From: Carcharhinus amblyrhynchos
Lineage: Eukaryota
Direction: 5' to 3'
Assembly (NCBI GenBank): GCA_965287045.1
Contig: OZ336885.1
Location: forward strand, 61,008,001 to 61,072,000
DNA length: 64,000 nucleotides
The first letter of the stretch is position 1, and each line of letters begins with the position of its first letter. Shown here in pieces: positions 51,419 through 64,000 of the stretch. The notes under the pieces are model-generated. The model was given only the letters and a program-made list of their open reading frames with translations, was not told where the DNA came from and made no database searches. The position numbers and the translations under genes were made by a program.

Positions 51419-51889
51419 TAAGGGGCAATTTACCACAGGCAATCAAACTAATATGTTAACCTTTCGACGGTAGGAGTAATCCGGAGCATCCAGAAATAAA
51501 ATCGAGACAGGGGCAGACAGCATGTGGAAACACCACACATATACGTTTGCGAAAAGACTTTCTGAACTCTTGTTCCAGGCTACCTTTGCCTAACTGGTTA
51601 ATAAAATTAATTTTCAGATTGTGAGATGATGATTTAATTTACCCATGGCCATGCTTCAACATTTCTTGATGATATACTTTATTTCCATCGTGTATAGTCC
51701 GCTTTAAATTGTGTTTACTCTTAAATACTTGAGACAATTCTTGTACTACTGCGCCATAGCTTCGTTGTGTTATATCTTTACATAGTTGTACTCTACACCT
51801 TGACCCTCAGAACTATGCTGTTCTTCATTATCAGTTCAATCCCTCCAAATTTCAGTCATTTAGTTTTCTTTCTGAAAACGAACGAACGT

Positions 51890-52663
51890 TATGCTACGGT
51901 GCAGAGGGACCTGGGGGTCCTTGTGCACGAATCGCAAAAACCCAGTCTGCAGGTGCAGCAGGTGATCAAGAAGGCGAATGCAATGTTGGCATTTATAACG
52001 AAGGGGCTAGAATATAAAAGTAGGGAGGTCTTGCTGCAACTGTATAGGGTACTGGTGAGGCCACAGCTGGAGTACTGTGGGCACTTCTGGTCGCTGCACT
52101 TGCGGAAGGATATATTGGCCTTGGCGGGAGTGCAGAGAAGGTTCACTAGGCTGATCCCGGAAGTGAGGGGGATAGCCCTTGAAGAGAGACTGAATAGACT
52201 GGGTCTGTGCTCGTTAGAATTTAGAAGGCTGAGGGCGGATCTTATAGAGATGTATAAGATAATGAAGGGGTGGATAGGGTAGAGGTAGGAAGATTATTCC
52301 CGCTTAGAAAGAATTAGCAGGACTAGAAGGCACACCCTCAAGATAAATGTGTGTGTGTTGGGGGGGCGGGGGTGGGGGTGGGGAGCAGTTTAGATCGGAG
52401 TTGAGGAGGAACTTCTTTACTCAAAGGGTGGTGAATCTCTGGAATTCTCTGCCCGTTGAAGTGGTGGAGACTACCTCGCTGAATATACTTAATTCATGGG
52501 TTAATAGGTTTCTGATATTCAAGGGCGTTTAGGGTTATGGGGAGAAAGCGGGAAAGTGGAGCTGATCCACTTCAGATCACCCATGATCTTATTGAATGGC
52601 GGGGCAGGCTCGAAGGGCTAGATGGCCTACTCCTGCTCTTATTCCTTATGTTCTTATGTTATG
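51890..52663 (+). mobile_element. CR1 LINE 3' part, same subfamily as 14346-14987
   Basis: QRDLGVLVHES..KANAMLAFITKGLEYKSREVLLQLYRVLVRPQLEYC; near-identical 3' UTR (ccatgatcttattgaatggcggggcaggctcgaaggg) and TTATGTTC tail. Confidence 0.96.
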
Positions 52664-52884
52664 TTATACTACTCATGTTCCAGCCGTCACTCTGCGGCCA
52701 ATGTTCCGGCTGTGACTATCAAATCGTATGTATTTATTTCCATTTGTGGTGACGATGCGGGCAATGTCTTATGGTTGTTGCACACATTCAGTGACATACA
52801 TTTCATTTTCATTATGTTGACTGCACTTGTACAATTTTTCACATAATTATGCATATAATTACATAACACTCCCCCCGCCCCCAC

Positions 52885-52936
52885 AAACACACACACACAC
52901 ACATACACACGCACACAAAACTAAACACGCACACAT
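52885..52936. repeat. (CA)n microsatellite, imperfect
   Basis: acacacacacacacacatacacacgcacac. Confidence 0.9.
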
Positions 52937-55469
52937 TGCTCAGAAAACAACTACGGTCAAACGATAGGATATATCATATCACTGATGGGAAACGTGGAAT
53001 GTCTGCACGAAGATATGTGTTTACCATGTGGGAGAACGTGAACACAGATGTGCCCACAATGGTGAGGCGACTTTTACATCTATCTGATGAATGAAAAACA
53101 AAACCATCTATGCATTTGTAAATACAAAACATACAACGGGGACGGGAACTGGATATGGGCATGTGAACTCTGAAATGATTCAGAGTACCTTAAAAGTATC
53201 CAGCTCGAACTTTCCCTGCATAAATGGTAATCGTCTACGTGCCATAGTTTTGACACTATAGATAAAAATCATCAATAGTCATCACACCATAACCTGGTAT
53301 GTTTTGGTGTGCCTTCCGATTTGCATAGGTCAGGTCTATCAAAGTGGCTTTTCCTCCAAACACAGCTTGTGGAGTGTTGGCACAGTTTGCTTTTGTGGGC
53401 TTAGGTCTCAAAAACAGATAATTTGCTTGAAACCAACTTGCACCAGATCTACTGATTTCCACTTTGTTCTTCCTTTCTCAGAAATTACAGTTGATTACGT
53501 CCATCTTGACGGTTCCCTTCTTAAAAGTCACAACCCAACTTCCACGTTGAAATTGTAACAGTGTTTTAGTTTAATTACGGCGTTATGTCTCCTACTTCCA
53601 TCAGTGGTAACAATTAACTGAGGTAATCATGTGTTTACAATGTAACTAGGCTTATTATCATATCAAAAGATTGATTCCACGAACGCAATCGACCAGCCCC
53701 GAATAAAGGTCCAGTTTTTAAAATTGTTTTATTTTTCTTATGAGCATTCAAACGTCAGAACACGTTTTTGATTTGAGGACACCTTTGCTTTATTATCACG
53801 AATTGCTGACAACATGGAAACACAAGCCCGCATACCCATGGTTTTACATTACTAAAGTCTATTAGGCCATTAAGGAAACTTGTCAGATACTGTGCATGGT
53901 CCGTTCGCCTTTCCAAATCATTAAGAAATTGCATAACGTCCCTTCCCGTGCAACAGACCGCCATTATTGCCCGAAAAGAATAGTACAGCGCCTGTAGAAA
54001 AGAACACTATTCAACAAGTCGACCATTTAATCAAAATGTATATTTGCACTATTTCATGAATGTGCATCTCACAGATATTATCCACCGAAAAGATTGTATT
54101 GAAATGTCTACTGATAGTGGAATTTCCTTAATGTATTAGATAGAATGCTGGAGCCTTAAGACATTCCAATCAATGATGTGAATCCATAACCCAGAAAACA
54201 TTTTTTTTTGATTAATCACATTAGGCAACTCCTGCAAACTTAAAGAGATGTAAGCAAAGTCGTAAACATTGGACAAAAAAAATCGACAGATAGTGACTGT
54301 TATTGGAGTTTATCGGTCTTCATTTTCATTAACTGTATTTCCAGACATGCCAGTTGTGCCATGCTGTGTTGAACAAAAACCTAGTCAGCATTGGTACCGC
54401 TTTGAGCTTCCCTTTTGTAAATTATTAAACACAACTCAGTACCCACTATTCAGCACGCGACTAATCTACTCTTGAACCATTGCCACAATTATATAATTAC
54501 CAAATGCAAACAGAAACATACACATCTGCAGACGAACAGGTAGACACAGACACACACGCTGCCATTTGTATTGCGTTTTTATGCGTATATATCAACAGTA
54601 ACAGAGCATGTCATGAAATAAATATGTCAGAACTCAATAATTACGGCTGTGCTCAGTGAGTGTCTGTACAAGACAAACAGTGCAAGAAACAATCCTCTCT
54701 TATCCAGCAGCTATTCAAATCAGCACACTCTCTATACTTTCTCTAATTTATAGGAGTATACATCAATGACAACATACATACTGTATCATCATTCGTTTGA
54801 TACGATGGGTGTGGTGCAGTCAAGATACGATCCGTGTGTATTCTTGTCCTTAACTCCACTTTCCCCAATTGTTGCCTATAGTATGTGAGAACATCATTTA
54901 GCGACGAGCTGCTGACTCACCGTGAGCATATCTTGCCTCATTGCCTAAACCAGATTCACTCAACATATGCTGGAATAGTACTACAGGAACGTGCAACTGT
55001 AAATTTTTTTCCCCAGTTTTCCCAACTGGCGCACGAGGTATGTGTTAATCACGGGTTTTGAAACTGATCATCCAATTATTCTCCAAAAATGTTATAATAC
55101 TGCATGTCAGAACGAAATAAATGTAATTAAAATTTAAAATCTTCCGCATTTGGATTACTCGACTATTAGCTGGTTGGCTTGATAATTCGCGCCTAATTGC
55201 TCGGTAGTGTCAGGAGGAGAAATCCCTAAAATACCTCGGTTAAAATGTTCGGCCCTGGGTGGCATTGCTTTCAACCAACTAGGTAGGATGAATTGTCTTC
55301 TTGACTGTAGGGGCTCACTGTATGGACTCTATTGTTATATATTTGAATCGAGCTACTGGAGGAGTTGAGGTGTAAAAAATCGAAAGAAACTTCTATAGCC
55401 AGTAAAGGAATTTGGTAGATCAATAATAAGGAGTTACAAAAGCACGGAGGAAAAACAAATATAATTCAG

Positions 55470-55685
55470 GTTCTGGCAATTTGAAATCTACTTAAAACAC
55501 GACTGAACGACTGAGCAAGGCTGACAGCTCTGTGCAAGGAAAAACATAATTCGAGTTTACAATCGCCTTTTTGCTATCTACTAAAGTCTTCGGAGGAGTC
55601 AAACTCCACTTGGAAATTTACATTTGTCTAATCTCCACAGATGGAACCGTATCTGCTGAGCATTTTCAGCAATGAATGTCTTCTG
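55470..55685. mobile_element. Old Penelope-derived inverted-repeat remnant
   Basis: ctgagcaaggctgacagctctgtgcaagga versus ctccacagatggaaccgtatctgctgagcattttcagc; resembles the PLE terminus at 12590-12670. Confidence 0.55.
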
Positions 55686-56092
55686 TCGTTAATTATTATT
55701 AAAGTCCACTTACCTCTTTGAGGAACTGGAACGACACAAAAAGTGGAAAGAGCACATCAATGATTCAAGGTATGTTAGCTGAGTTTGTTTGTCAGATGTG
55801 TTGATACTGGAACAAAACATATGAATATTATTAACCACAATGTTCCAAAAAGATTCTATGAAGGATACTTCAGAAAAAAAAATGTGTTGGCGCATTAAGC
55901 TGGGAAACTGCATACTTGATCTTTGGTATGTGCTGTGTCAGCTGTTGTACTTCTGCCCCGGTCTGACCTTGGTGTGTCCACAGTTAGCGGCGGATAGAAG
56001 AGACATTGTTTCTGTATCAATGTTTTCGGGAATGTGAGAATGTTGTTTCAATGAGAAGCTGACTGCAGCCAAGAGTGATGTTTAGTGTTCAG

Positions 56093-56400
56093 CTGTGGTT
56101 AGGTTCGCCGTGCTCCTTCTTTTCTGAGTCAGTAGTTTTGGAGTTCAGTTCTCAATTCACAACTTTGCCACGACAATCTAGAGGCCTACTCCCATCATAA
56201 TCCCATATTCCCATACTCCCAGCCCGGGAAGAACGCAGGCATGACCTTCCGTGTTTTGAATGGAACTTTGTGACAGTATCTGGCCTCTACGTTGGCCAAA
56301 TAGTGATGAATCAAATTATTTTGAAGGAGGAACGAGCAGTTCATTTTCGCTTTCAGAACAATATTTACGCCTTTGACAAGGCATAACAGAGCGTTTCGTG
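56093..56400 (+). mobile_element. SacSINE1/Deu-SINE-like remnant
   Basis: tctgagtcagtagttttggagttcag..caatctagagg head and attttgaaggaggaacgagcagttc..caatattta body. Confidence 0.5.
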
Positions 56401-56834
56401 CTTCTGTTCGTCCACGTTTGCAACATTGAATATACTTTTAACTTACTTCACCGACTACAAACAGTTTGAAATACATCATTGGACCGCAGAAATTTGGATG
56501 CATACAATTGCTTATGTTTTGCAGGCCAACATATTTTAAGTAGCGATATTATATGCGACATTAACTGACGCTATTAAGGTGGAGGCATGGGGGTATTTGA
56601 GTAATGCAGCTAACGATTTTTCTAAAACGAAAATGGATGACATTTCCCTGTTCGCCTTCCCAACAAATAGGTTGAGATATACCGTGATAAGAGATGATAT
56701 ACTCGTCATCACTTTGAAGCTGCAAGACGTATTTATTCATATTTGGTTTCTATGTGCCGACAGTACAAGAGTGGCCACAGTTGATATCTCAGACATTAAG
56801 ATGCTTGCTTTTTGAATTTGCAAACGATCGACAA

Positions 56835-57680
56835 AATTTGATTTGACGTGATTCGTTATTTTCACGTGTTTTATTATACAGTGTACTGTTTCTTGCGCAA
56901 AATAAGGCAAAGCATACCGTTCATTGAGAAGGAAAGGATAGAGTGCAGAAAATAGTGTTACAGTCATAGCTAGGGTATAGAGAAAAATCAACTTACTGCG
57001 AGGTTGGTTAACTCAAAGGACTGATAGCAGCAGGGAGGAAAAAGTTTTTGTGTTGGTTCGTATATTTCCTCAGATTTCTGTTTTTTTTTTCCTGATGGAT
57101 AAAGATGGAAGAGGGTATGTCCGGGATGCGTGAGGTCCTTAGTTACGCTGCCTGTTTTTTCGAGACAGCAGGATGTGTAGACAGCTTTAATGGATGGGAG
57201 GCTGGCCTGAGTGAAGGATTGGCCTCCGTTCGTGACCCTTTGTAGCTTCTTGTGGTCTTGGACATGGCTGGAGCCATACCAAGCTGCAAAACAACCAGAA
57301 AGAATGCTTTCTATCGTGCACCTGTAAAAGTTGGTAGCGGACATGCCAAATTTTCTTAGTCTGGTGGGCTTTCTACCCTATATTGTCGGCGTGGCGGAAC
57401 CAGAACAGAGTGTTGGTGATTGGGACTCCTGAAAATGTAAAGCGCTTGGCCATGTCTACTTCGTCCCGCTTGTTGTAGACAGAGACATGTCCTCCACCAC
57501 GCTTCTTGAAGTCGATGACTATCTCCTTTGTGTTGTTGACATTGTGGCAGAGATTATTGCGGTCAAACCAGTTCAACAGATTGTTTATCCCTTTCCTGTA
57601 CTCCGTGTCGTTATTACTTGAGAGCTGACCTATTATGATGGTATCATCAGCCAACTTGAAAATCGAGGGAAATTCAGACA
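56835..57680 (-). mobile_element. Rex1/Babar LINE 3' fragment
   Basis: SIFKLADDTIIIG..EYR..NNLCHNVNNTKEIVIDFKK (RT motifs) and NFYRCTIESILSGCFAAWYGS..KKLQRV..LPSI..THPGHTLF.LYPSGK, typical of the Rex-Babar C-terminus. Confidence 0.9.
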
Positions 57681-58404
57681 TTGCGGACAGTGGACACTGA
57701 ATAATGGAAGCCCTTTTTGGAATTTGACTGTGAAAGGGAAACTTGATGGAAGGTCACACCCAGATTGCAGCATGATGAAACAAAACACATATTGAGGTGA
57801 AATATCTTGGTGTATGTGTGAATGACGAATAATTATTTTAATGGACTAACACATTGTGTTATGTTTCGAATGTTGGATTGTTACTGTGATCACGTCAAGA
57901 GGTTCGTCAGCTGCTCGAACTGCTTTTACTGCTGGGGCAGTTGAGAACACAAGCAACGATCAGTAATTGCAAAGTAATACGTTTAAAAGTAGATACCAGA
58001 AAGCAGGGGGACAAAATAAAAAAAAATAGAAATTGACAAAAAAAGTTCAATTTTCCCTGAATAAAAATGTTTAAGCAGATGTACCTAGGTACACATAAGA
58101 CTTGAAACGGTAAACGAATAATTAAAAATGAAGATAGTTTAATCGTCCATGCAGACGTGATGGGGCGGGTGGGGGGGGGGGGGTGGTGTTGATGGTCAAT
58201 GTAAACATTTAACTCTTTAAATGAAACTGGACATACTTTTTAGAATGCCAAATACCAGAAGCAAATCGAATCATGTCCATATGAAGTTATGGAATGAGAA
58301 ATATAAATAATATGAACATGATTTTCCCAGAAAGTTTAAGACGACAAATATTTTTTTCAACAGTTTCCCGCATTGAGTTCAATATTTTAAAGTGTTTTAA
58401 TAAA

Positions 58405-58695
58405 AATATTTATTAGTCACAAGTAAGTCTTACATTAACACTGCAAATAAATTACTGTGAAGTTCCCCTAGTCGCCACACTGTGGCGCCTGTTCGGGCAA
58501 ATGCACTGATCAGCATAAATTTCAGAATGTGGGAGGAAACCGGAATACCAAGAGGAAACCCACGCACACACGGGGATAACGTGCAAACGCCACAAAGACA
58601 GTGACCCAACCCGAAAAAACGAATCGGCCCCCTTGAGCCCTGAGGCAGCAGTGCTAGTCACTGCGCCAGTGCTAATCACTGTGTCACCGTGTCAC
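58405..58695 (-). mobile_element. V-SINE with alternative tail (same family as 37033-37310)
   Basis: tttattagtcacaagta..ttactgtgaagttcccctagtcgccacactgtggcgcctgtt tail, gtgggaggaaaccgga core, gaggcagcagtgcta head. Confidence 0.88.
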
Positions 58696-59059
58696 CCATG
58701 ATCGTATTTTGAAGGCTCTGTTCTTAGCGCTGGGCTTACCATTGTTGCGACTAACTTCCCGAAGGAATAATGCAGACGGAATTGTTGTGTCTTTTCGCCA
58801 TGTGCGGTGAAGCATGTGAACAATGTTTTGCATCAAAACCCTCCAAGCACATGAATTTTGTGCTTTGTTTCCCTGTTCTCCTGAGGTCCTTAAACCATTA
58901 TACACAATTGGGATTAGTTACATGCGCAAACCTCAGTGACAATCTCTCTCTCTGCTGCTCCTACGAACTGATGTGTATTCCGGTAGCGCCAGCACACCGT
59001 TAACTGCAGTAATATATTTTTTTAAACTTGTTGTGTCTCGCCCAAACATCCAACCACGG

Positions 59060-59255
59060 AGCTACCCAACCTTCCAAACACGCAGCCACCCAACTATCCG
59101 TTCATCCATTCATCCATCTATCCATCCATTCATCCTTCCGTCTATCTATCTATCTATCTATTTCTCCCTGTCTGAATATCTATCCATCCAACTACCTGTC
59201 TTTATGTCTCCGAATTTAATTCCCTATCTATCAATTTATCCGTCTTTCTATCTAT
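59060..59255. repeat. Compound (TCCA)n/(TCTA)n microsatellite
   Basis: catccattcatccatctatccatccattcatcc..tctatctatctatctatcta. Confidence 0.85.
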
Positions 59256-60064
59256 CACGAATTCCAGATTTTTAGAGGCCTACTTTTCTTAGTCTCGATG
59301 ATCTTGTTCAATTTTGTCTCTTATTTGTTTTTTTTTGTTTTCTCGTGAGATGGGTGTATGGTATTGGACAGCTGTAAAGCAATGGTGTTGAAATATACAG
59401 TACTCTAAGATGGAGATAAATCAAGGTTAATTCTTCTTGTCTGATTATGTCAAAATTTAGGATAATACTCTGGGGATATTTGTTCAAATCTGATTTTTTT
59501 TAATAGTGACACAGGTTTAGAAAAAAAAACAGAAAGGCTGAAAAGTAGTCCTCTTCTCATAAGAGCCTTTACAGACAGGCAACAATGCCTTTAGTCTGGC
59601 AACGCACATGAATGAGACATCTTTGTTTGGAGAATTGAGTTGATTCAGAGGTCTGGAAACTAGCTGCACTGTGGCTTTTAAACACAGGTTTGATATTATA
59701 ATAAAGCAAGTGCAGATATGTTATTGGTTTACGATAAATATTTTAATGTACTTTGAAAAAATATCATTGCCGTTGTATATCTGAAAAAGCCATTTTCCTA
59801 ATGACATGGATGTGAAATGAAGCGTCCCATTGTCCTTATTATACTTTGTATTAATTCACTGTTCAAGAAGAGTCTGCTGCTTCTCTGATTACTTGAAGGG
59901 TAAGGTTATAATGAGTTAAAAATCCAATTTTGGCAATGAGGATGGGATTTTGCTCAGGACGGCTAGTGACAGCAGTGAGTTTCTATCCTCACTGATTAAT
60001 ACTCAGCTAAACCGATTATAAAACCAACAGTGGTGGAAATGTCCTCTGTGCCTTTTTCCAGCTC

Positions 60065-60845
60065 GTAGAGGCGTTTCCTGAACGGGCTGCTGCTGCACAC
60101 CTCCCCCTACCGCGTCCTCGCCTGTCGCCCGGATACACCTTGGCGGGCCTTATTGCCGCCCGGCTGCGGAGGTCCCTAATGGAGGTCGCTCTACGGAGGG
60201 ATCTCCCCCAATTACTTAGGGGACCTGGGGTGGAGGCTGCTGCACACAGCTGTGCCATACAACCGTAGGATTCACTGATTCACGGGCTCCTTAGACTGTC
60301 CTTTCTGTTGCCTCGTGGAGTCCGTGGACCACGTCTACGTTTCGTGTTATAGGTTGCACATCCTTTTTAATTTTCTCAAACACTTTCTATTGATGTTTTG
60401 ATTGCACTTTAGTCCCACGCTCCTGGTCTACGGACACCTCGTGCGGAGAGGGTCGGGTCGGGATGCCGATCTCGTCGTGAAACTGCTCCTGGGCCTGGCC
60501 AGACGAGCAATCAATAGGCCCAGGCAGCTGGCGATGGGGGGTGGGCGGGGGGGCGTCCGTCCCGACTGTCTGCCCCGCTACCGCGGTTATGTTCGCGGCC
60601 AGGTGTCCCTGGAGAGGGAGCGTGCGGTGTCTGCGGGCACAGTCGACTTCTTCCGTGCCCGTAGGGCACCGCAGGGGATGAGGTGCGTTACAGGCCCTGA
60701 CAATCACATGTTGATTTGACATGCCTTCAGTTTCCATTGTACTTTTGCTTTTGCTTAGGCCATTCCCCTTCCTTTTGTGGAGCTGCCCCTTTTACTTTGT
60801 TCTAATATAATTTGAGTTTGCCTACTCGGTTTGACTCGAAACAGC
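60065..60845 (+). mobile_element. Tx1-clade (L1 group) non-LTR retrotransposon 3' fragment
   Basis: WRSLYG..DLGWRLLHTAVPYNR..DCPFCCLVESVDHVYVSC (CCHC knuckle), then LHFSPTLLVYG..LLLGLARRAI..GYVRGQVSLE, stop at 60719; GC/CpG-rich. Confidence 0.88.
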
Positions 60846-62699
60846 CGCCCCCCCCCAACCCCCGGCCGCGCCCCCCCTCCCCCAAGCCGTGGATTTAACG
60901 AGTGAAATCTGAGCCCAGAGAAGTAGATAAGCAAAGGGATTTTATGAGGGTAGAGCCACAGTGATAAACGACAAGGGTCATGGCCATCATGAAAGCCAAA
61001 AAGTCATAACCAGAAAGGCGGTAAGCTGAAATAGCGGTCCGCAGAATAGTGTATCTCGTGGAATAGAAAGGAGAAACAACATGTTTTAATATCCTGTTGA
61101 CTAAGCAGCACTGCAGTTATAATATCAGTAAAACATAAAATGCAAAACTATGTCTAAATGAAAATCAGTTGTCTTATAAAATTTGAAATTCGTCTTGTAC
61201 GTTTTAATTACAGCGAGAGAAATAAATCAGGCATTGGAAATTAGCATAGAACAAATTAATTGCTCTGTCACTTTATGCAGCTGGAAGTGTCAAGTGTCTT
61301 GTTTAAAGTTTAAAAGTTGTGGAATTTAGAGATTTTATGTGTTGAATTGTCAGGTACGTTCGGGTGAAGTAAAACTTTCTGCTCCATTTGGATGGATTTG
61401 TGTTTTTTTTGGTGGCAGCAATCTTCAAATAGAACAAGAGTTTACATGTCTGAGTTTCTTTTATATTCAAGCCCTAGATTGTCCTGTACAGGCAGACATA
61501 ATAAGGAAACCAATTCTGATATCGGGGAATTAAATATTCACAAAATACAATTTGATGTAAATTCTGAATATGGGAAGCTTGAAAACCATGTTGGGCTGAG
61601 GCGGGTTAAATTGGAATTTCTCCTCCTTCCAGCAACTGGACACAGAAAGGAAAACTTACGTGATTTGCCGATGCGATGTAAGGAAGTAAACAGACGAATA
61701 GAACAGTCATTCAGGGAACTGATATGACCATTTTTGTCGTAAGGTTGTACAGAATTATATGTGGTTTTCATTTGATCATTAATGAGAATGCTGACAGGGA
61801 AAAAAAACATTTAAAACTGTTCAAGGAAAAGAACACATTTTCCGTGTTAGCTATGGATGTAGGAACCACTTTATCTTTGGAAAATATGTAATATAGACAT
61901 TAATGGGCATTTGACAGGCCACAGTACTGCTATTTCAATTTGAGACAATACTTAGCTCTCAGAAATCTGCTGCTGGCAAATTGTTGTTAACATGATACCA
62001 TTTAAGACAGTGAACGAACAATGAAAATAGGTTACTAACCCTGGAATCACACAGGGCAGTTTGGTTTCTGTTTTCATATGTTTACGCAACAAACTGAATC
62101 TGATTAATTCATTGAGACGATTGAGACCGGTAAATCAACAGGAAAAGGGATATTGAGTGCAATTCAATTGATTGGGATATTCTGAATTGGCACTAATATG
62201 TATTTCGGTGACAGGAAAGCATAGATGAGCTATTGAGTTAATACATTTTTCTTGGTGATATTTATGTCATTGTCTGCGTTTTTAAGAGAGTAGAGTTTGA
62301 CACAATGACAGCAATACATGGAGAGAAGGGCAAACATTTCAAAATCTTCTGATAGGATAACCTGAGATTCAAGAAGCTGTTGGCATGCTAGTGAGATATT
62401 GCAAATGTGTGCACATGAATTGCATACGAAGCAACTGATAGAAATGAAACCATTCCAAAATTGGCCCGTTTAGTATTTTGCATGTACTTGCAATGATACT
62501 TTGAAGGTCACATCTCAATCATGCACACTCATTGATCAACAACGTGACGTGTAATGGGAAATGGGACCAAAGGAAAAGTGGTCGCCCAAGAAGCTTCTGA
62601 CGATTCTTACTGGGGATTCAACGTGGGCACAGCGTAACACGCAACATCTTGAGTTAAATATAATCGGCTGGCCGTGGTGGTGAAAGGGAACACTTCCAA

Positions 62700-64000
62700 A
62701 AGACTATACGATATAGAAGCAGAATTAGGTCATTTGGCCAATCGAGTCTTCTCCACCACTCAATAATGGCTCATAGGTTTATCATCCACATTCTCCAGCA
62801 TTTTACTAGTGACCCTTGATCCCCTTATTCATCAACTACCTATCTATCTCTGCCTTAACTGGACTCACTGAACTACCCTCTATTGTCCTCTGTGATTTTC
62901 ACAAATTTAGCTGAAGAAATTCCTCCTCACCTGAGTTTTAAAAGTGTGTCGCTTCACTCTGAGTTCTAGTCTCTCTCAGTAGTGGAACATCCTTTTCACG
63001 TCCATGTTATCTTTGCCCATGAGTATTCTCTAAGGTTCAGTTAGATCCCCCTGATCCTTCTAAATTCGATTGAGTATAGAAACAGCTTAATCAACCACAT
63101 CACATTTGACAAATGCTTAAGGCCTGTCATCATTGTCGTGAACCTCCTATGCACCCACTTCAAGACCAAATGATCCTTCCTTAAATATTTAAAGGACATA
63201 AAACTGCTCACAGTATTCCAAAACAGGTTGGGTCAAAACCCTACATAACCTCAGCAGCAGATCCTTGCTCTTACATTCCACTCTCTAGAAATGAATGTTA
63301 GCATTGAATTTGCCTCCCTGTCAGCTGATCCTTGAGGTTCATATTAATTCCTGATCCAAGACTGCCTAGTCCCTTTGTGCCTTAGATTTCTGAAGCGTTT
63401 GCCCATTTAGAAAATAGTCTAAGCCTCTATTCATCCTGCAATCGCATAAAACAACATTTTCCTACATTTTATTCCTGTTTGCTCAGGTTCTTTTCCTGTC
63501 CATGTCGTTCTGCAGCCGGCCACCTTCTCAACAGTATATTTCCCTCGACATATCTTGGGCTGAACCGCAAATTTAGCAACTGTGTCCTCAGTTCCATGTT
63601 CCGGATCATTAATGTATGTAATGAAAAATTGTGGTGCTAACACTGACCCATACGGAACACCACTAACCATCGGTTGCCATCCTGAAATGGACCCTCTTAT
63701 CCCCACTGTCTATGCTATATCTGTCAGCCAATCTTCCACCCATGCCCGTAGACTGCCTCTCACAACATTGACTATTAACTTATTCCGCAGCCTTATGCCA
63801 TCTTGTCAAGACTTTCTGGAAATCCAAATAAATCACGTCAACTGGCTCTCCTTTGTTTACATTCTTCGTTACCTGTTGACATAATTACATCAGATTTGTC
63901 AGACTTGATCCCGCTTAACGAGGCCATGCTTGCCCAGCCCTATTTTGCTATGCATTTGCAATTACTCGATAACTTCATCCTTAATAACAGACTTCCAGAT
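62700..64000 (-). mobile_element. CR1 LINE (3' end through RT), runs off the window
   Basis: ORF 63431-63706(-) SGWQPMVSGVPYGSVLAPQFFITYIND..VAKFA; antisense 3' UTR at ~62705-62830. Confidence 0.9.

Overview
Eukaryotic, repeat-rich DNA, almost certainly from an elasmobranch (shark), judged from HE1-type V-SINEs, CR1/HER1-type LINEs and shark-type Penelope termini. I found no convincing host protein-coding gene, and the many short ORFs are mostly noise or TE fragments. The main feature is a degraded endogenous retrovirus at ~173-6151. It has an LTR-like block, a tRNA-Ser-type PBS, gag and protease remnants, a pol reduced by two large deletions, and an env whose layout (short pre-furin part, ~450-aa post-furin subunit, no CKS17/CX6CC) resembles lokiretrovirus Env and Mononegavirales F proteins. 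Its two LTR-like ends do not match each other. The rest is nested CR1 LINEs of several ages, Penelope elements with foldback ends and hammerhead-ribozyme remnants, Rex1/Babar and Tx1 fragments, a probable Harbinger remnant, several SINE families, a diverged 3-copy ~1.85-kb tandem duplication (42.8-47.5 kb), and a few candidate non-coding regulatory blocks. Family assignments are by-eye motif recognition, not database searches, and boundaries of old elements are approximate.
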